In this document: one piece after another, positions 62,988-64,000 of the stretch
Numbering within the stretch: the first letter of the stretch is position 1
Layout of the letters: every line of letters begins with the position of its first letter
Assembly: GCA_002633005.1 (NCBI GenBank)
Contig: NMRA01000040.1
Coordinates: 1,175,805 to 1,239,804 of the forward strand
Length of the DNA: 64,000 bases
From: Phoronis australis
Taxonomy: Eukaryota; Animalia; Phoronida
Direction of reading: 5' to 3'
Program-made: the position numbers and the translations under genes
The notes under the pieces: generated by a model
Seen by the model: the letters and a program-made list of their open reading frames with translations, nothing else
The model's database searches: none
What the model was told of the DNA's origin: nothing

Positions 62988-63391
62988 ATAGACCCTATTC
63001 ACGCCGACAGGAGCCGTGTTCCAAAACGAGGGTCGCTACGATAGCTCTGTTGGCTTATTGGCATAGTTCTGTGTTTCAGTCCGTTTTGTTCCGCGAACGG
63101 CTTGAAAAATACGGACACGCAACTGTCTGCTTTACAATCTCTAAAGACGTTGAGATTCGGAAGCGTTGGGTCGTTGCCATACGCCGCGACGAAGCAAAAT
63201 TTGTCCGTGTAAAATTTATAAATATTTTTGAAAAGTTAGATCATATTTTGTAGCATCTCGGTCAGTTGTCAAGCATCATAGTAACGACCGGAGAATGGGC
63301 CAGCCAGGCTGTGTTTTCATGACTACGGATTTAGGGGGGCGAATTGCTGACTAGCACACGTGCGCAACCAGGGAGTCTTGTGGGGTGAATA
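62988..63391 (+). mobile_element. Small DNA-transposon derivative with a THAP-domain remnant (Harbinger/ISL2EU-like)
   Basis: Begins ATAGACCCTATTCACGCCGACAGGA with a partial inverted match TCTTGTGGGGTGAATA near 63376-63391; encodes F..SKDVEIRKRWVVAIRRD (THAP 'FP.D...R..W..AI.R'). Confidence 0.55.
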
Positions 63392-64000
63392 AACAACGCA
63401 TAGGCGCTGAATGAACCCCGTTTACCGTTTTTTTTTCCAAAAAGGACAGGGTCCTCAATCCCTCAAATTTGGGGCCCAATATCGGCCCTATTCCCCTCAC
63501 AAAAATATTGAAATATCAGGCGAAATTCTCCCCACGAGGCATAAAAATTACCCTAATGAAAAATCTCTCTGAGGTCACGTCACCTGTAACCGCACATGTG
63601 ACAATTTTTAAGAGCACAAAAGGCTACTTAAAATTGAGACAGAGCCTATGAGAGCTTGCAACAGGGCGGGGGTGCTATTGGGAGGTAGATTGTTCCCGCC
63701 CTCACTCTGCGAAAAAATCGCTTCTCAGTAGGCACTGGTACCTTTCCCCTCGGATGAACGAGGCCCCTGCAGAGACATGATAACTATGATTGCATTGTCC
63801 AGTTAACTGAAATTGAGTTCTAAAACGAGGTTATGTTTTGGACGAACGAATTAGGTGTTTTAATTTTAAAATTCAACTTGGTCCAGATTGATATTTGAAA
63901 TCTAACACATGAAATAGACGTAAGAATTGTTACAACCAAGAAAGCAGAATTGATGGTCAAATAATTTTTATTTTCAATTACGAGCCTGGTTTTTTATTTT

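Overview
AT-rich, repeat-dense eukaryotic DNA, most likely from an invertebrate animal (inferred from GT-AG introns, the host gene and the repeat types). There is one assembly gap (~4303-5132). The only host gene I can support is the 3' part of an anosmin-1 (KAL1/ANOS1)-like gene on the + strand. It has 7 phase-compatible exons between 1268 and 20070, encodes fibronectin type III repeats, and ends in a hydrophobic, GPI-signal-like tail. The ORF track misses most of it because it is spliced. The rest is a mosaic of mobile DNA. The main element is a near full-length but frameshifted Ty3/Gypsy LTR retrotransposon (28007-34538) with very short LTRs, a -1 gag-pol frameshift signal, a PHD finger fused to the integrase C-terminus, and an extra non-env ORF that looks set up for expression by splicing from a donor inside the LTR. 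Also present: a small non-autonomous LTR element, two Penelope-like relics (one with a degenerate hammerhead ribozyme), relics of Academ-like, Sola3-like, EnSpm-like, pogo-like and Harbinger-like DNA transposons, LINE fragments, tRNA-derived repeats, and tandem-core repeats with periodic CTCF-like or YY1-like motifs. All family assignments come from motif recognition by eye; no database search was run.
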